From a bacterium (GTDB lineage Bacteria > Hydrothermota > Tepidihabitantia > SM23-42 > JAOAFX01): DNA of 64,000 nt. The notes beneath the pieces are model-generated. The model was not told where the DNA came from. It did not search any database and worked only from the letters and a program-made list of their open reading frames with translations. Where the stretch lies: contig DAIRCK010000001.1 in assembly GCA_036796695.1 (NCBI GenBank), positions 16,539 through 80,538 of the forward strand. The letters are read 5' to 3'. A program made the position numbers and the translations under genes. Below are positions 9,113 through 19,506 of this stretch, one piece after another (positions within the stretch are counted from its first letter, which is position 1; each line of letters begins with the position of its first letter).

Positions 9113-10158
9113 TGATACCATTTATAACTATACTTACCATTTTAACCGCAGGTAATCGATTTGACAACGAACCCTGTGCATATAAATTTTCTGGTGATTA
9201 TCATTTAAAATTTAATGATACACTCAGAGAAGATGTATCGGTGAGTGGTGGAAATGCTACAATTGATGGAGTTATTGATGGTGACCTTGCAGTGATGGGT
9301 GGTTCAGTAATAATCAATGGTGTGATAGATGGAGATGTTGCAGTTTTTGGAGGCGAGATTGAAAATTATGGTGAAATAACCGGTGATGCTGCAGTTGCAG
9401 GCGGATCGGTGCAGAATAAAGGCAGGATAAAGGGTGATATCGCTGTTGCCGGTGGTTCAGTTAACCTTGATTCTGGTTCGGTTGTTATGGGTGATATTGC
9501 AATCGTTGGTGGAAGTGTTGACCGTTCTGATTTTGCAACAGTAAAAGGAAAAATCACAACCATTGACATTGGTAAACTCGATAGGGTGATGCCTGGTATA
9601 ACGCGTTTGTTTAGATTAAACCAGAATAAATTCCCATTTAGAACCGGTTTATACATCATCACATCAATTGCATTTATTATCGTTCTCTATCTATTGAATC
9701 TCTTATTTCTTCTGGTATTTCCCGGGGCAATAAATAGTATAGAAAACAAGATAAAGAAGAATATCTGGGTTTGTATTGCAATCGGTATTGGAATTGAAAT
9801 AATGTTTGTTCCCTTGATTCTTCTCTTTGTCATATCCATCATAGGAATTCCGATAATACCCGCTTTCATCTTTGCAATATTCATCTGCATAATCTTTGGT
9901 ATCTCTGGGTTTTCTGTTGTCCTTGGAGAAAGGATATGCACTGGTCTGAACTGGGGTTTGAATAATCGGATTGGTATCTTCACGATAGGCTGGCTTGCTA
10001 CAATGCTTGTTTTGATAATTGGAACATTATTAAAGAATACAGGTTTTTGGGGAATCCTAATCTGGATTTTAGGTTTTGTGATAGTCTATGTTGCAATCAC
10101 AATCGGCATTGGCGGTGTTTTATATGCACTGGTAAAAAGGGAAAAAAGGATTATTTAG
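9112..10158 (+). CDS. Second bactofilin-like beta-helix repeat membrane protein
   Basis: About 17-aa repeats GD(L/V/A/I)AV(M/F/A)GGSV..; C-terminal TM bundle. Confidence 0.75.
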   Translation: MIPFITILTILTAGNRFDNEPCAYKFSGDYHLKFNDTLREDVSVSGGNATIDGVIDGDLAVMGGSVIINGVIDGDVAVFGGEIENYGEITGDAAVAGGSVQNKGRIKGDIAVAGGSVNLDSGSVVMGDIAIVGGSVDRSDFATVKGKITTIDIGKLDRVMPGITRLFRLNQNKFPFRTGLYIITSIAFIIVLYLLNLLFLLVFPGAINSIENKIKKNIWVCIAIGIGIEIMFVPLILLFVISIIGIPIIPAFIFAIFICIIFGISGFSVVLGERICTGLNWGLNNRIGIFTIGWLATMLVLIIGTLLKNTGFWGILIWILGFVIVYVAITIGIGGVLYALVKREKRII

Positions 10159-12361
10159 TAAATCTAAATCCTTTCTCTTTAAATAATTTTATACAAATAT
10201 CTACAATATCAGGGTCAAATTTTATTCCCCTTCCTTTGCTTATATCACCGAGCGCCTGTTCAAGACCAAGTGCCTCACGGTAAGGACGGTGGGACATCAT
10301 TGCCTCGACTATATCTGCAACACAGAGGATCTTTGCCTCCATCATTATCTTATCACCGGTCAATCCCAATGGATAACCAGAACCATCGTTCTTCTCATGG
10401 TGCTGTAAAACTATCTCAGGTATGGGCCAGGGAAAATCAACCGGTTTTAAAATCTCATAACCAACCTGGCTATGCGTCTTTATTATCTCAAACTCTGCTG
10501 GAGTCAAACTCGTTGGCTTGGCAAGAATCTCAGCAGGTACATATATCTTACCAACATCATGGAGCAGGGCAGCGATACGGAGATAATCTATTATATCCTT
10601 TGAAACCCCTAATTCTTTTGTAATTGCAATTGTCAATTCTGCAACACGGCGCTGATGACCAGCAGTATATGGGTCACGCTTTTCAACTGCTGAGGCAAGG
10701 GCAGTCACCACACCTTCAAGAAGTCTGTCCAATTGTCTATAACTTCTATTTAATTTCTGATATGCCTCATATGTCTCAGTAACATCCCTTGCCACACCCA
10801 GGATTCCATTCGGTTTACCTTCTCCATCCCTTAAAAATTTAAATGTTATCTCTGCCCAGATTATTGACCTATCCTTTTTTCTTATCTGGAGTGTCAAAAC
10901 ACGGGTTCTCTCTTTATCTACTTTATGTGTTTTTTCGATATCGAGTTCTTCTCTCAATACCTTCATCACATCTACATAAGATTCTGCAGTCAAAAGTTTT
11001 TCAATACCGTTTTTTAACAATTCCTCGATATCATAACCGATTATTTTTATAGAAGGTGTTACAAATGTAAATTTTAAATCCATATCAAGGATGAAAATAA
11101 CCTCTTCTATGTTATCACTTATCAATTGCAACCGGCCCTGACTCTTTACCAAATCTTGTTTCATAATTTCATATTCAGTGATATCCCGTGCAATACCACA
11201 TAGTCCCCAGACTTCGCCCTTTTCATTACGGAGTGGAACTTTTATAGTATGAAATTTTAATCTCTTCCCCCTTATAGTCTTTTCAGGAAAACTTTCAATC
11301 ACTTCGCCATTTAAAACCATCAGGTCTTCAGAGACAATTTTTTGTGCCTCATCAGGGCCAAAAAATTCTGCATCGGTCTTACCGATTATTTCATCACATT
11401 CTATCCCGAATATTTGTGCAGTGCATTTATTGACCATTATGTACTTCAGTGCCCTATTTTTTATAAATATACAATCCTTTGCGGATTCAAAGATTGTACG
11501 AAAGAGTTCTTCACTCTTTTGTAATTGGTCCTGAGCTCGTTTTTTCTCGGTTATGTCCCTTACAACGGCAAGTAGATATACACCATCAGGCAACTCAAAC
11601 CTTCTCAAACTAACCTCTGTATCAAATAATGTGCCGTCAAGTTTTTTATGCCTCCATTCAAAATGGACTAATTTACCCCTGAGTGCCTCATCCATCATTG
11701 CTATCGCCTTTTCTTTTGATTCCCTTCCATCGGGTTGGAATTCAGGTGAAAATTCATATGGGTATCTTCCAATTATATCCTTTTCATCACAACCAAATAT
11801 CTCCATTGCCCTTCTATTACATTCTACAAATTTATAATCCTTCATCACCATAATACCATCACCTGCGCTATCAAAAACTGTTTGATATTTTGTTGTTATT
11901 CCCGCAATTTTTTGTATAAAATGCCGGCTATAATCTTGTAAAACTAATTTATCTATCCCTGAAATAGGAACCTTTGATTTTACCAACCTCCCATCTATAT
12001 CCTCAACAAGGGCACAAAGTTTTGTTGTTAATTCATCCTCTGGTATGTTATAATCTATGACTCCGTCAGCACCAAGATTTTGTAAATATTCTAAATCGGT
12101 TCCATCAGTAATTCCTGGAGCACAGATTATGACCGGTATATCTTTTGTCTTTTCATTATTTTTTACGCGATAACAGAATTGTAAACCATCAAGGACCGGC
12201 TGGAGAATTCCGCTGATAATGAGTTCAAATCCATTTTCAGATAAAAGTTTAAAGGCATCAACACAATTATTGGTTTCAACTACATTGTGCCCCTTTTTAC
12301 TTAAAATCTCTTTTAAAAATTTCCGATTCTCATTTTTATCGTCCAGAATAAGTATCTTCAT
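10151..12361 (-). CDS. REC-PAS-PAS-PAS-HD-GYP cyclic di-GMP phosphodiesterase
   Basis: N-terminal receiver fold, three PAS/PAC repeats, LLHDVGKI and HHEKNDGSGYP. Confidence 0.9.
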   Translation of the reverse strand: MKILILDDKNENRKFLKEILSKKGHNVVETNNCVDAFKLLSENGFELIISGILQPVLDGLQFCYRVKNNEKTKDIPVIICAPGITDGTDLEYLQNLGADGVIDYNIPEDELTTKLCALVEDIDGRLVKSKVPISGIDKLVLQDYSRHFIQKIAGITTKYQTVFDSAGDGIMVMKDYKFVECNRRAMEIFGCDEKDIIGRYPYEFSPEFQPDGRESKEKAIAMMDEALRGKLVHFEWRHKKLDGTLFDTEVSLRRFELPDGVYLLAVVRDITEKKRAQDQLQKSEELFRTIFESAKDCIFIKNRALKYIMVNKCTAQIFGIECDEIIGKTDAEFFGPDEAQKIVSEDLMVLNGEVIESFPEKTIRGKRLKFHTIKVPLRNEKGEVWGLCGIARDITEYEIMKQDLVKSQGRLQLISDNIEEVIFILDMDLKFTFVTPSIKIIGYDIEELLKNGIEKLLTAESYVDVMKVLREELDIEKTHKVDKERTRVLTLQIRKKDRSIIWAEITFKFLRDGEGKPNGILGVARDVTETYEAYQKLNRSYRQLDRLLEGVVTALASAVEKRDPYTAGHQRRVAELTIAITKELGVSKDIIDYLRIAALLHDVGKIYVPAEILAKPTSLTPAEFEIIKTHSQVGYEILKPVDFPWPIPEIVLQHHEKNDGSGYPLGLTGDKIMMEAKILCVADIVEAMMSHRPYREALGLEQALGDISKGRGIKFDPDIVDICIKLFKEKGFRFTK

Positions 12362-12407
12362 AAAAAAAGCCTCCTTCAGGGGCCATTAGGTTTATAAAAC
12401 TAATCAT

Positions 12408-12435
12408 ATTATAAAGACTTTTGATAGAAAGTCAA
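12408..12435 (-). promoter_or_regulatory. sigma70-like promoter TTGACT-N16-TATAAT
   Basis: Motif read directly; GGAGG SD before ATG 12361. Confidence 0.7.
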
Positions 12436-12457
12436 GGGGGATATTATTTTCTACCCT

Positions 12458-13492
12458 TTACTCGCTACTCGGTATATGTGGTTCAATTATTACCTTTAAT
12501 GAGCGGTCTGCCTTTTCTACAAGTTCAAAACCTTTCTGAATTTCATTGAGACCAAACCTGTTTGTAATCATATCAACAACATTAATTTTCTTACTTTTTA
12601 ATAATTCAATCGCCTCAATTATATCTTTTTGAACTGCAGCATAGGAAAATATAATCTTTACTCCTTTAAAATAAAGGTCAAATAAAGGAAGAGGAATACG
12701 CACATCTGGAGCAGTGGGGGCAAATAATAAAAGTGTACCAGCTCGGTCAACCGAAGAAAATGCCTGTTCAAAAGCACTTAGTGCGGTAGTATTTACAATC
12801 ACAATATCAGCAAGACGACCATTGTTTAATTCTTTTACCCTTTCTGTTACATTATCCCTCGCATCTATCACCTCTGCCCCACATCTCTTTGCAAAATCAA
12901 GGCGGTATTCGTTTATATCCGTGGCAAATACCCTCTTAACCCCCTTTGCCTTTAAAAGTTTGATATGCAAAATACCTGCTATACCTGAACCAATCACCAG
13001 GGTCGTATCTTCCATTGCTATTTGCGCAAATCGCTGCCCCCTTATTACACAACCGAGTGGTTCAATGAATGTGCCCTCTTCATATGAAATCTCTTTTGGT
13101 AACAGGAAAGTTCCAAATTTTACATTTATCTCAGGAACGCGCAGGTATTGAGAAAAACCGCCAGGGTCAAAATTCGTTTTCTTCAGGGTCTCACAAACCG
13201 TATGATAACCCTTTAAACAATATCGACATTCATTACAGGGAACATGGTGTGAAACAAAGACCCTATCGCCTATTTTAAATTTTTTAATATTTTTTCCCAC
13301 CTTTACAATCTCACCTGCAATCTCATGCCCCAGAACCCTGGGTGCACTCTTTATTCGATACCACTCCATCACATCACTACCGCATATTCCACTGGCTATA
13401 ACCTTTACCAGAAGTTCGTTATCATTAATTTCAGGGATTGGTCTTTCTTCTATTCTTATATCGCGATTATTGTAGTAAACTGCTACACGCAT
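12458..13492 (-). CDS. Zn-dependent medium-chain alcohol/polyol dehydrogenase
   Basis: GICGSD, GHEIAG, CNECRYC..C, GSGIAG. Confidence 0.9.
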   Translation of the reverse strand: MRVAVYYNNRDIRIEERPIPEINDNELLVKVIASGICGSDVMEWYRIKSAPRVLGHEIAGEIVKVGKNIKKFKIGDRVFVSHHVPCNECRYCLKGYHTVCETLKKTNFDPGGFSQYLRVPEINVKFGTFLLPKEISYEEGTFIEPLGCVIRGQRFAQIAMEDTTLVIGSGIAGILHIKLLKAKGVKRVFATDINEYRLDFAKRCGAEVIDARDNVTERVKELNNGRLADIVIVNTTALSAFEQAFSSVDRAGTLLLFAPTAPDVRIPLPLFDLYFKGVKIIFSYAAVQKDIIEAIELLKSKKINVVDMITNRFGLNEIQKGFELVEKADRSLKVIIEPHIPSSE

Positions 13493-13501
13493 AATTAAAA
13501 A

Positions 13502-14287
13502 TTATTCTCTTTTTTTCTTTTCAAAAATCTCATAAGCCTCATCTACCGACGCATTCTTGTGCACTATTGCCCTTACTGCCTGTATCATTGCAACCGGATT
13601 TTCAGACTGGAATATATTCCTGCCCATATCAACACCAACTGCACCTTTCTGGATTGCATTATAGGCAAGTTGTAATGCATCTTTTTCCGGAATTTTTTTA
13701 CCACCAGCAATCACAATTGGCACCGGACAGGTCTCAACAACCTTCTCAAATTCTTCACAATAGTATGTCTTCACAAAATGGGCACCGAGTTCTGCTGCGA
13801 TACGACAGCATAGACTCAGATATTTTGCATCGCGCTCCATCTCCCTGCCCACAGCCGTCACTGCTAAGACCGCAATACCATAATCCTCAGATTGATTCAC
13901 AAGTTCAGAAAGAGCAAGCAAGGTCTCTTTTTCATTTTCTGAGCCAACAAATATTGACAATGCAACAGCGCAGGCATTCAACCTGATTGCCTCTTTTATA
14001 GAAGTCGTTATACCCTCATTTGATAAATCTTTGGAAAGTATACTTGTGCCACCAGAGACACGAAGCACTACAGAAATATCAAAATCAGCAGGCACAGAAG
14101 TCCGCAATACACCCCTGGTGAGCATTAGCGAGTCGGCAAAACGGAGAAGTGGCTTTATGGTTTTTTTTGGCACCTCAAGTCCACTTGTCGGACCGAGAAA
14201 ATAACCGTGGTCAACAGCCAGCATCACGGTTCTACCGGTTGCTGGTTTAATTATCCTTGATAATCTATTTTTTAAACCCCAGTCCAT
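13502..14287 (-). CDS. lsrF: LsrF-family class I aldolase-fold thiolase
   Basis: MDWGLKNRLSRI..MLAVDHGYFLGPTSGLE; PIVIAGGKK; GVDMGRNIFQ. Confidence 0.85.
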   Translation of the reverse strand: MDWGLKNRLSRIIKPATGRTVMLAVDHGYFLGPTSGLEVPKKTIKPLLRFADSLMLTRGVLRTSVPADFDISVVLRVSGGTSILSKDLSNEGITTSIKEAIRLNACAVALSIFVGSENEKETLLALSELVNQSEDYGIAVLAVTAVGREMERDAKYLSLCCRIAAELGAHFVKTYYCEEFEKVVETCPVPIVIAGGKKIPEKDALQLAYNAIQKGAVGVDMGRNIFQSENPVAMIQAVRAIVHKNASVDEAYEIFEKKKRE

Positions 14288-14353
14288 AAAATCTCCTTTT
14301 TGTATTACAGATAATTATACAACAGAATGTTACAAATAAATTACAGAATATTA

Positions 14354-15379
14354 TCAAAGTTTTTTTATAAACTCAATCACAAGCCTGGAGGTTCTTTCAA
14401 TATCTTTAAGACAGACAACCTCAACCGGCGTATGCATATAGCGAAGTGGTATGCCTAAAACACAGGTTGGGATTCCTTCCTTGTTAAATGCGATAGCATC
14501 AGCATCGGTTCCTGTATAACTCGGTAGTGGTTCAACCTGATACGGAATCTCATTTGATATAGCAGATTCAGTAAGCAGACGGAATAATTTCTGCGGTATT
14601 GTAGCACCGCGGGCAATAACCGGTCCTTTATTCAAACTGAAGCATTCTCCTTCTGATAACCCTGGATATTCACCATGTGTAACATCAACCACCACACAAT
14701 AATCCAGATTCAAACGATATGAATGAATCCTTGCCCCAAGTCCGGAAAATTCTTCCTGATTCGTTGCAACAAAATGTAGATTAACCGGTGAACCAAGTTT
14801 TGAAATTTCGCGCAGAACAAGTACTGCACAGGCAATGCTTGAACGATTATCAAGTGCCTTAATACTTCTCAAATCGCCCTGTAGTCTATCATAATGTCCT
14901 GCAAAACAGATAAAATCACCAATGTTAACAAACTTTTTTAAAACCTCTGGTTTCATTCCCGTATCAATAAATAGTTTGTCAGTCTTCATAACTTTATCTG
15001 CCTCTTCTTTTTTCATTAAATGTGGTGGTTTAGCACCAACATAACCTCTTATCTCTTTTCTTCCCAGAATAATCATTTCCTGTCCAGGCAATATCCTGTC
15101 ATCACAACCACCAACCTGTTTGAATCTTAAAAACCCATTATCTTCAATATCAATAACAACAAATCCGATTTCATCAATATGACAGGCAAGCATTACATTA
15201 ATATTATTAACCCCTTTGATTAACCCATAAACACTGCCATCAGGAAAAATTCGCGCCTCATCAGTAAAAGATTTTATTTCATTAAGAAGCACATTCTTCA
15301 CATCACCTGCATAACCAACTCCATTTGCCTTACATAAACGTTCTAAAATGCCGTCAAGGTATATTACATTATCATTCAT
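14354..15379 (-). CDS. M42 family metallo-aminopeptidase
   Basis: CHIDEIG, ALDNR, QEE, DVTH, RYMHTPVE. Confidence 0.88.
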   Translation of the reverse strand: MNDNVIYLDGILERLCKANGVGYAGDVKNVLLNEIKSFTDEARIFPDGSVYGLIKGVNNINVMLACHIDEIGFVVIDIEDNGFLRFKQVGGCDDRILPGQEMIILGRKEIRGYVGAKPPHLMKKEEADKVMKTDKLFIDTGMKPEVLKKFVNIGDFICFAGHYDRLQGDLRSIKALDNRSSIACAVLVLREISKLGSPVNLHFVATNQEEFSGLGARIHSYRLNLDYCVVVDVTHGEYPGLSEGECFSLNKGPVIARGATIPQKLFRLLTESAISNEIPYQVEPLPSYTGTDADAIAFNKEGIPTCVLGIPLRYMHTPVEVVCLKDIERTSRLVIEFIKKL

Positions 15380-16005
15380 TTTACCTGCCCACCTTTTATT
15401 TTTTGTTCCTCAGTTTCTATGAAATTTTCTGCAGGTTCAATCGCTGTGCCGAAGACCAGATTTCCTGTTTCTGATTGTATCATTGAAACAACCTTAACAT
15501 CAACACTCCGATTTATATATTTTGCACCATTCTCCACTATCACCTTCACACCTTCAATATAACCAACCCCTTCATTAGGGTTTAATCCCCTTTTTATTAT
15601 TCGCACCGAAATAATTCTGCCCGGATAGAACAACGGGGTAAGGATGCGATAAAGTTCTTTTATATTGATAATACGCAGATCAGGGAACGATTTGATATAA
15701 AATTCATAACCGTCAGATGCAGTGATGACCTTTGCTTTCCTGCGTTCAGCAGTCTTCAACACGCATTCCTCTTCCACAACACCATCAACATTTTTATCAA
15801 CAAACTCAACACTCACAAATTTTTTGAGATTGCTGATTATCTTATCTGCCTCAACGCCAATCTTTCGGCGCACCACAATTCTCACAAGATAAGGGATTAT
15901 CACCTTACCTTCAAAAAATTTTTTTTCAAAAAGATTAACGATCCGACCATCTATGATACACGATGAATCGAGAACAAATCTCTCTTCTTTTCTAAAGAAC
16001 AACAT
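15376..16005 (-). CDS. PIN/TRAM domain protein (YacL-like) without N-terminal TM region
   Basis: LDSSCIIDGRI PIN motif; GVGYIEGVKVIVENG TRAM motif; adjacent to radA. Confidence 0.8.
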   Translation of the reverse strand: MLFFRKEERFVLDSSCIIDGRIVNLFEKKFFEGKVIIPYLVRIVVRRKIGVEADKIISNLKKFVSVEFVDKNVDGVVEEECVLKTAERRKAKVITASDGYEFYIKSFPDLRIINIKELYRILTPLFYPGRIISVRIIKRGLNPNEGVGYIEGVKVIVENGAKYINRSVDVKVVSMIQSETGNLVFGTAIEPAENFIETEEQKIKGGQVK

Positions 16006-16019
16006 TCAACCCCCTTTTT

Positions 16020-17348
16020 TCAGGTCGAGAATATTGCGGAAACTGCTTCATTAACCTCGCTCACCTGCATTACATCCATTTTTAAATTATCAGGTATTTT
16101 ATTCTTTGCAGGTGCAATAGCAGTTTTAAAACCAAGCCGTTCTGCTTCTTTGAGTCTCATATCAATTCCAAAAACCGGCCTTACTTCGCCACAGAGTCCT
16201 ACCTCACCAATCGCCAGCAGGTCTTTACTCACTGGTTTATTCTTTATGGATGAGGCAATGGCAAGGATTATTCCTAAATCACTTGATGGTTCGGTAACTT
16301 TTATTCCTCCTGCAACATTTACAAAACAATCAAGTCCATAAACATTTATACCAACCCGCCGTTCCAGAACAGCAAGGAGCATTGCCAGTCTCTTGTAATC
16401 TATGCCGGTTGTAACCCGCTGGGGATAGTTAAAAAATGTTGGGCTTGTAAGTGCCTGGACTTCAACTAAAAATGGTCTTGAACCTTCAATCACCGAGACA
16501 ATAACCGCACCCGGCGCCATTATATCAGAAATAAATATACTTGATGGATTTTCAACCTCTTTAAGACCATTGCCTGTCATTTCAAAAATACCGAGTTCAT
16601 TCGTAGCACCAAACCTATTCTTTATCGCCCTTAAAATTCTGAACTGCCCTTCTTTATCACCTTCAAAATATAATACTGTATCAACGATATGTTCCAATGT
16701 CTTCGGTCCCGCAATAACCCCAAATTTTGTTACATGGCCGATGATAACAGTAGTAATGTTATGAGCCTTGGCAAATCTCATAATATCACCGCCACATTCC
16801 CTGACCTGGGCAACACTTCCTGGTGCTGAAGATATCTCTGATTTATAGATTGTCTGGATTGAATCAATGACCATCAAATCCGGTTTTACCTCTTCGGCAA
16901 CATTAAGGATTGAATTGAGTTCGGTTTCAGCAAGGATATTGATATTATTCGCACTCATACCCAGTCTCTCAGCCCTTAGTCTAATCTGGGAAGCTGATTC
17001 TTCTCCGCTCACATAAAATATCTTTCCACCATTTCTGCTGATGAAATCAGAAATCTGTAGCATTAATGTGGACTTACCAATCCCCGGGTCACCACCGAGC
17101 AAGATCAAAGAACCAGGAACAAGACCTCCACCCAGAACCCTGTTCATCTCGTCAATCCCTACTGACCTCCGTTTAAATTCCTCATAAGGAACTGATGAAA
17201 GCACAACTGGTTTTACCTTTTTTATACTTGATTCATCCCGGTCAACCGGTTCTTCAACCATTGTATTAAAAGCACCGCAGTTTGGACATCTACCAAGCCA
17301 TTTTGGTGAAACCGCACCACAATTTTGACAGACAAATCGGTTTTTCAT
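16020..17348 (-). CDS. radA: DNA repair protein RadA/Sms
   Basis: CQNCG..CPNC zinc finger, GDPGIGKST, KNRFG. Confidence 0.97.
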   Translation of the reverse strand: MKNRFVCQNCGAVSPKWLGRCPNCGAFNTMVEEPVDRDESSIKKVKPVVLSSVPYEEFKRRSVGIDEMNRVLGGGLVPGSLILLGGDPGIGKSTLMLQISDFISRNGGKIFYVSGEESASQIRLRAERLGMSANNINILAETELNSILNVAEEVKPDLMVIDSIQTIYKSEISSAPGSVAQVRECGGDIMRFAKAHNITTVIIGHVTKFGVIAGPKTLEHIVDTVLYFEGDKEGQFRILRAIKNRFGATNELGIFEMTGNGLKEVENPSSIFISDIMAPGAVIVSVIEGSRPFLVEVQALTSPTFFNYPQRVTTGIDYKRLAMLLAVLERRVGINVYGLDCFVNVAGGIKVTEPSSDLGIILAIASSIKNKPVSKDLLAIGEVGLCGEVRPVFGIDMRLKEAERLGFKTAIAPAKNKIPDNLKMDVMQVSEVNEAVSAIFST

Positions 17349-18088
17349 CAGAATACCTTTATCTCCAGATATTTTTTGGGGTTTGCCTTTATATCTTCTA
17401 TAAGCGATTTCAATGCCTGATTGGTTTCTCTTACTTCTTCGTAAAGTTCATCAGATTCTACAAGTTTTGCTACAGTTCCCTGTTTTTGAAGTAGTGAATT
17501 TAACGAGTCAAGAAGCACACCCAGTTTAAGTGCAATCAATCCCAATTGCTCCTTTGGTTCCCTTATCATTTCCTTCAAGTCTTTAATATTTTTATCCAGC
17601 AAACCGGCAAATTTGTCTCCGACATTACTCAAATCCGGAAGTTTTATGTCATTAAATAGATTGCTCAAACTATCAAGTTTTGCTGCCACAAGTTCAATAT
17701 CAAATGATGCATTGTAGCCATAATAATATTCTGGTATTACACCGCTCCTTCCCGGTACGATTTTTATATAACGGTCTGAACCAAGATAACTCACGAGTCT
17801 GATAGAAATCTTTGAATCATCATAAAGGACGACTTCTGGTTCAAGGGCAAGAGTTACCAGAACCTTATCACCCTTTAGTTGCATTGATTTTACCTTTCCT
17901 TTTTCTATTCCGTATATGATAACCGGATCACCCGACCTTAACCAGGTCACATCATCAAAATAAACCTTTACCTCTTTGGTGTGATGTAATGAAATCTTCC
18001 CTGAAAGAAGGATATAAAATACTACAAAAAGTATCACACCAAACGTAATATAAACACCAACCAATGTTTTTTTAATATTTCTATCCAT
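17348..18088 (-). CDS. mlaD: MlaD/MCE family protein
   Basis: N-terminal TM, LRSGDPVIIYGIEKGKV, DIKANPKKY; start reassigned to ATG 18088. Confidence 0.8.
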   Translation of the reverse strand: MDRNIKKTLVGVYITFGVILFVVFYILLSGKISLHHTKEVKVYFDDVTWLRSGDPVIIYGIEKGKVKSMQLKGDKVLVTLALEPEVVLYDDSKISIRLVSYLGSDRYIKIVPGRSGVIPEYYYGYNASFDIELVAAKLDSLSNLFNDIKLPDLSNVGDKFAGLLDKNIKDLKEMIREPKEQLGLIALKLGVLLDSLNSLLQKQGTVAKLVESDELYEEVRETNQALKSLIEDIKANPKKYLEIKVF

Positions 18089-18767
18089 AGATTCCTTTCT
18101 CAATCCTATCCAATTTTTTAATTTGACCATCTTTTAACATATATATCACATCACCGACTATCCGGGCTGTCTCAAGGTCGTGGGTAACTACAATCCCGCT
18201 CTTTTTAAAATCCCTTTTTAGATTTGCTATCAAATTCACTATCCTTTCACGCATAATCGGGTCAAGTCCAGTTGTAGGTTCATCATAGAATAGATAGCGA
18301 GGTTCAAGCGCAAGTGCACGGGCGATTGAAACAAGCCTTTTCATTCCACCGGATAACGCATTGGGATATAATTTCTCCTTGCCCGGCAATCCCACAATTT
18401 CCAGCAATTCCTTCACTTTTTCCTTCACCTCTCTCCCTGAGATTTTTGTATGCTCAACCAGGGGCAGAGCAATATTTTCATAAACATTCATAGAATCGAA
18501 CAGTGCACTGCTCTGAAAAATAAAACCAACATTCCTTCTTATCTCATACACCTCCCCGCTGTCCGCACTCAAGATATTTTTTCCATCAAAATAAACTTCC
18601 CCGTTGTCCACCGGCAGTAAGCGGAGTATTGATTTTAGAAGAACGGTCTTCCCTGTTCCAGACGGTCCTAAAACAACTACAAGTTTTGCATCCTCAACAA
18701 TAAAACTCACATCTTTGAGCACAAAGAGTCCATCAAATTGTTTTGTTAAATTTTTTATCTCTATCAT
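18081..18767 (-). CDS. mlaF: MlaF-type ABC transporter ATP-binding protein
   Basis: GPSGTGKT, LSGGMKR, DEPTTGLDP; start at MIEIKNL. Confidence 0.85.
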   Translation of the reverse strand: MIEIKNLTKQFDGLFVLKDVSFIVEDAKLVVVLGPSGTGKTVLLKSILRLLPVDNGEVYFDGKNILSADSGEVYEIRRNVGFIFQSSALFDSMNVYENIALPLVEHTKISGREVKEKVKELLEIVGLPGKEKLYPNALSGGMKRLVSIARALALEPRYLFYDEPTTGLDPIMRERIVNLIANLKRDFKKSGIVVTHDLETARIVGDVIYMLKDGQIKKLDRIEKGIYG

Positions 18768-18768
18768 T

Positions 18769-19506
18769 TTAGCCGAACACCAGAAGGGCAACAATGAAAT
18801 CGAGGATTAGAATTAAAACACAGGCAGTAACTACTGCATAGGTTGTAGCAGCACCAACCTCTTTGGCACCACCCTTGACCTTAAATCCAAAAAAACAACC
18901 AGATACTGATATCGCAAAAGAGAACAGAATGGATTTCAGTAGCCCACCAAAAAGGTCGCGGGTGAAGAAATTCCTTACCAAACCATAGTTGTATACACTC
19001 AAAGGAACATTTAAAAATGTATGAGCATATAGACCGCCTGTGTAGATTGCAACGAATTCTGAAAAAACAGTGAGGATGGGAAGAGAAATGAGAGTTCCCA
19101 TTATCCTGGGGAATCCAAGAAACTGGTATGGACTTATTGCCATTGATTCAAGGGCATCAATCTGCTCGGTAACCCGCATTGTTCCGATCTCTGCTGCCAT
19201 TGCTGATGCACATCTGCCACTTACAATCAAACCCGTTAGTATCGGTCCGAGTTCTATCAAAACCATCCTACCCACAACTGCGCCAAGAAAATATCTCGGC
19301 AATAAACCAAGTAATTGATATGATAATTGAACGGTCGTGACCAAACCAAGGAACGCAGAGATTAAAATGATGATCGGCAGAGAACCAACACCAACACTAT
19401 CAATCTGTTCAACAATTCTTGCCCTCTGTTTGCGCAAGTTCCAGGGAAAAAAGAAACTTTTCAAAAAGAATGCAGAAAAGTCTGCGATATTACTAAAAAG
19501 GTTCAA
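18769..19506 (-). CDS. mlaE: MlaE family ABC permease
   Basis: AEIGTMRVTEQIDALESM; probable TTG start with GGAGG SD, overlapping the dnaB end. Confidence 0.88.
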   Translation of the reverse strand: MNLFSNIADFSAFFLKSFFFPWNLRKQRARIVEQIDSVGVGSLPIIILISAFLGLVTTVQLSYQLLGLLPRYFLGAVVGRMVLIELGPILTGLIVSGRCASAMAAEIGTMRVTEQIDALESMAISPYQFLGFPRIMGTLISLPILTVFSEFVAIYTGGLYAHTFLNVPLSVYNYGLVRNFFTRDLFGGLLKSILFSFAISVSGCFFGFKVKGGAKEVGAATTYAVVTACVLILILDFIVALLVFG

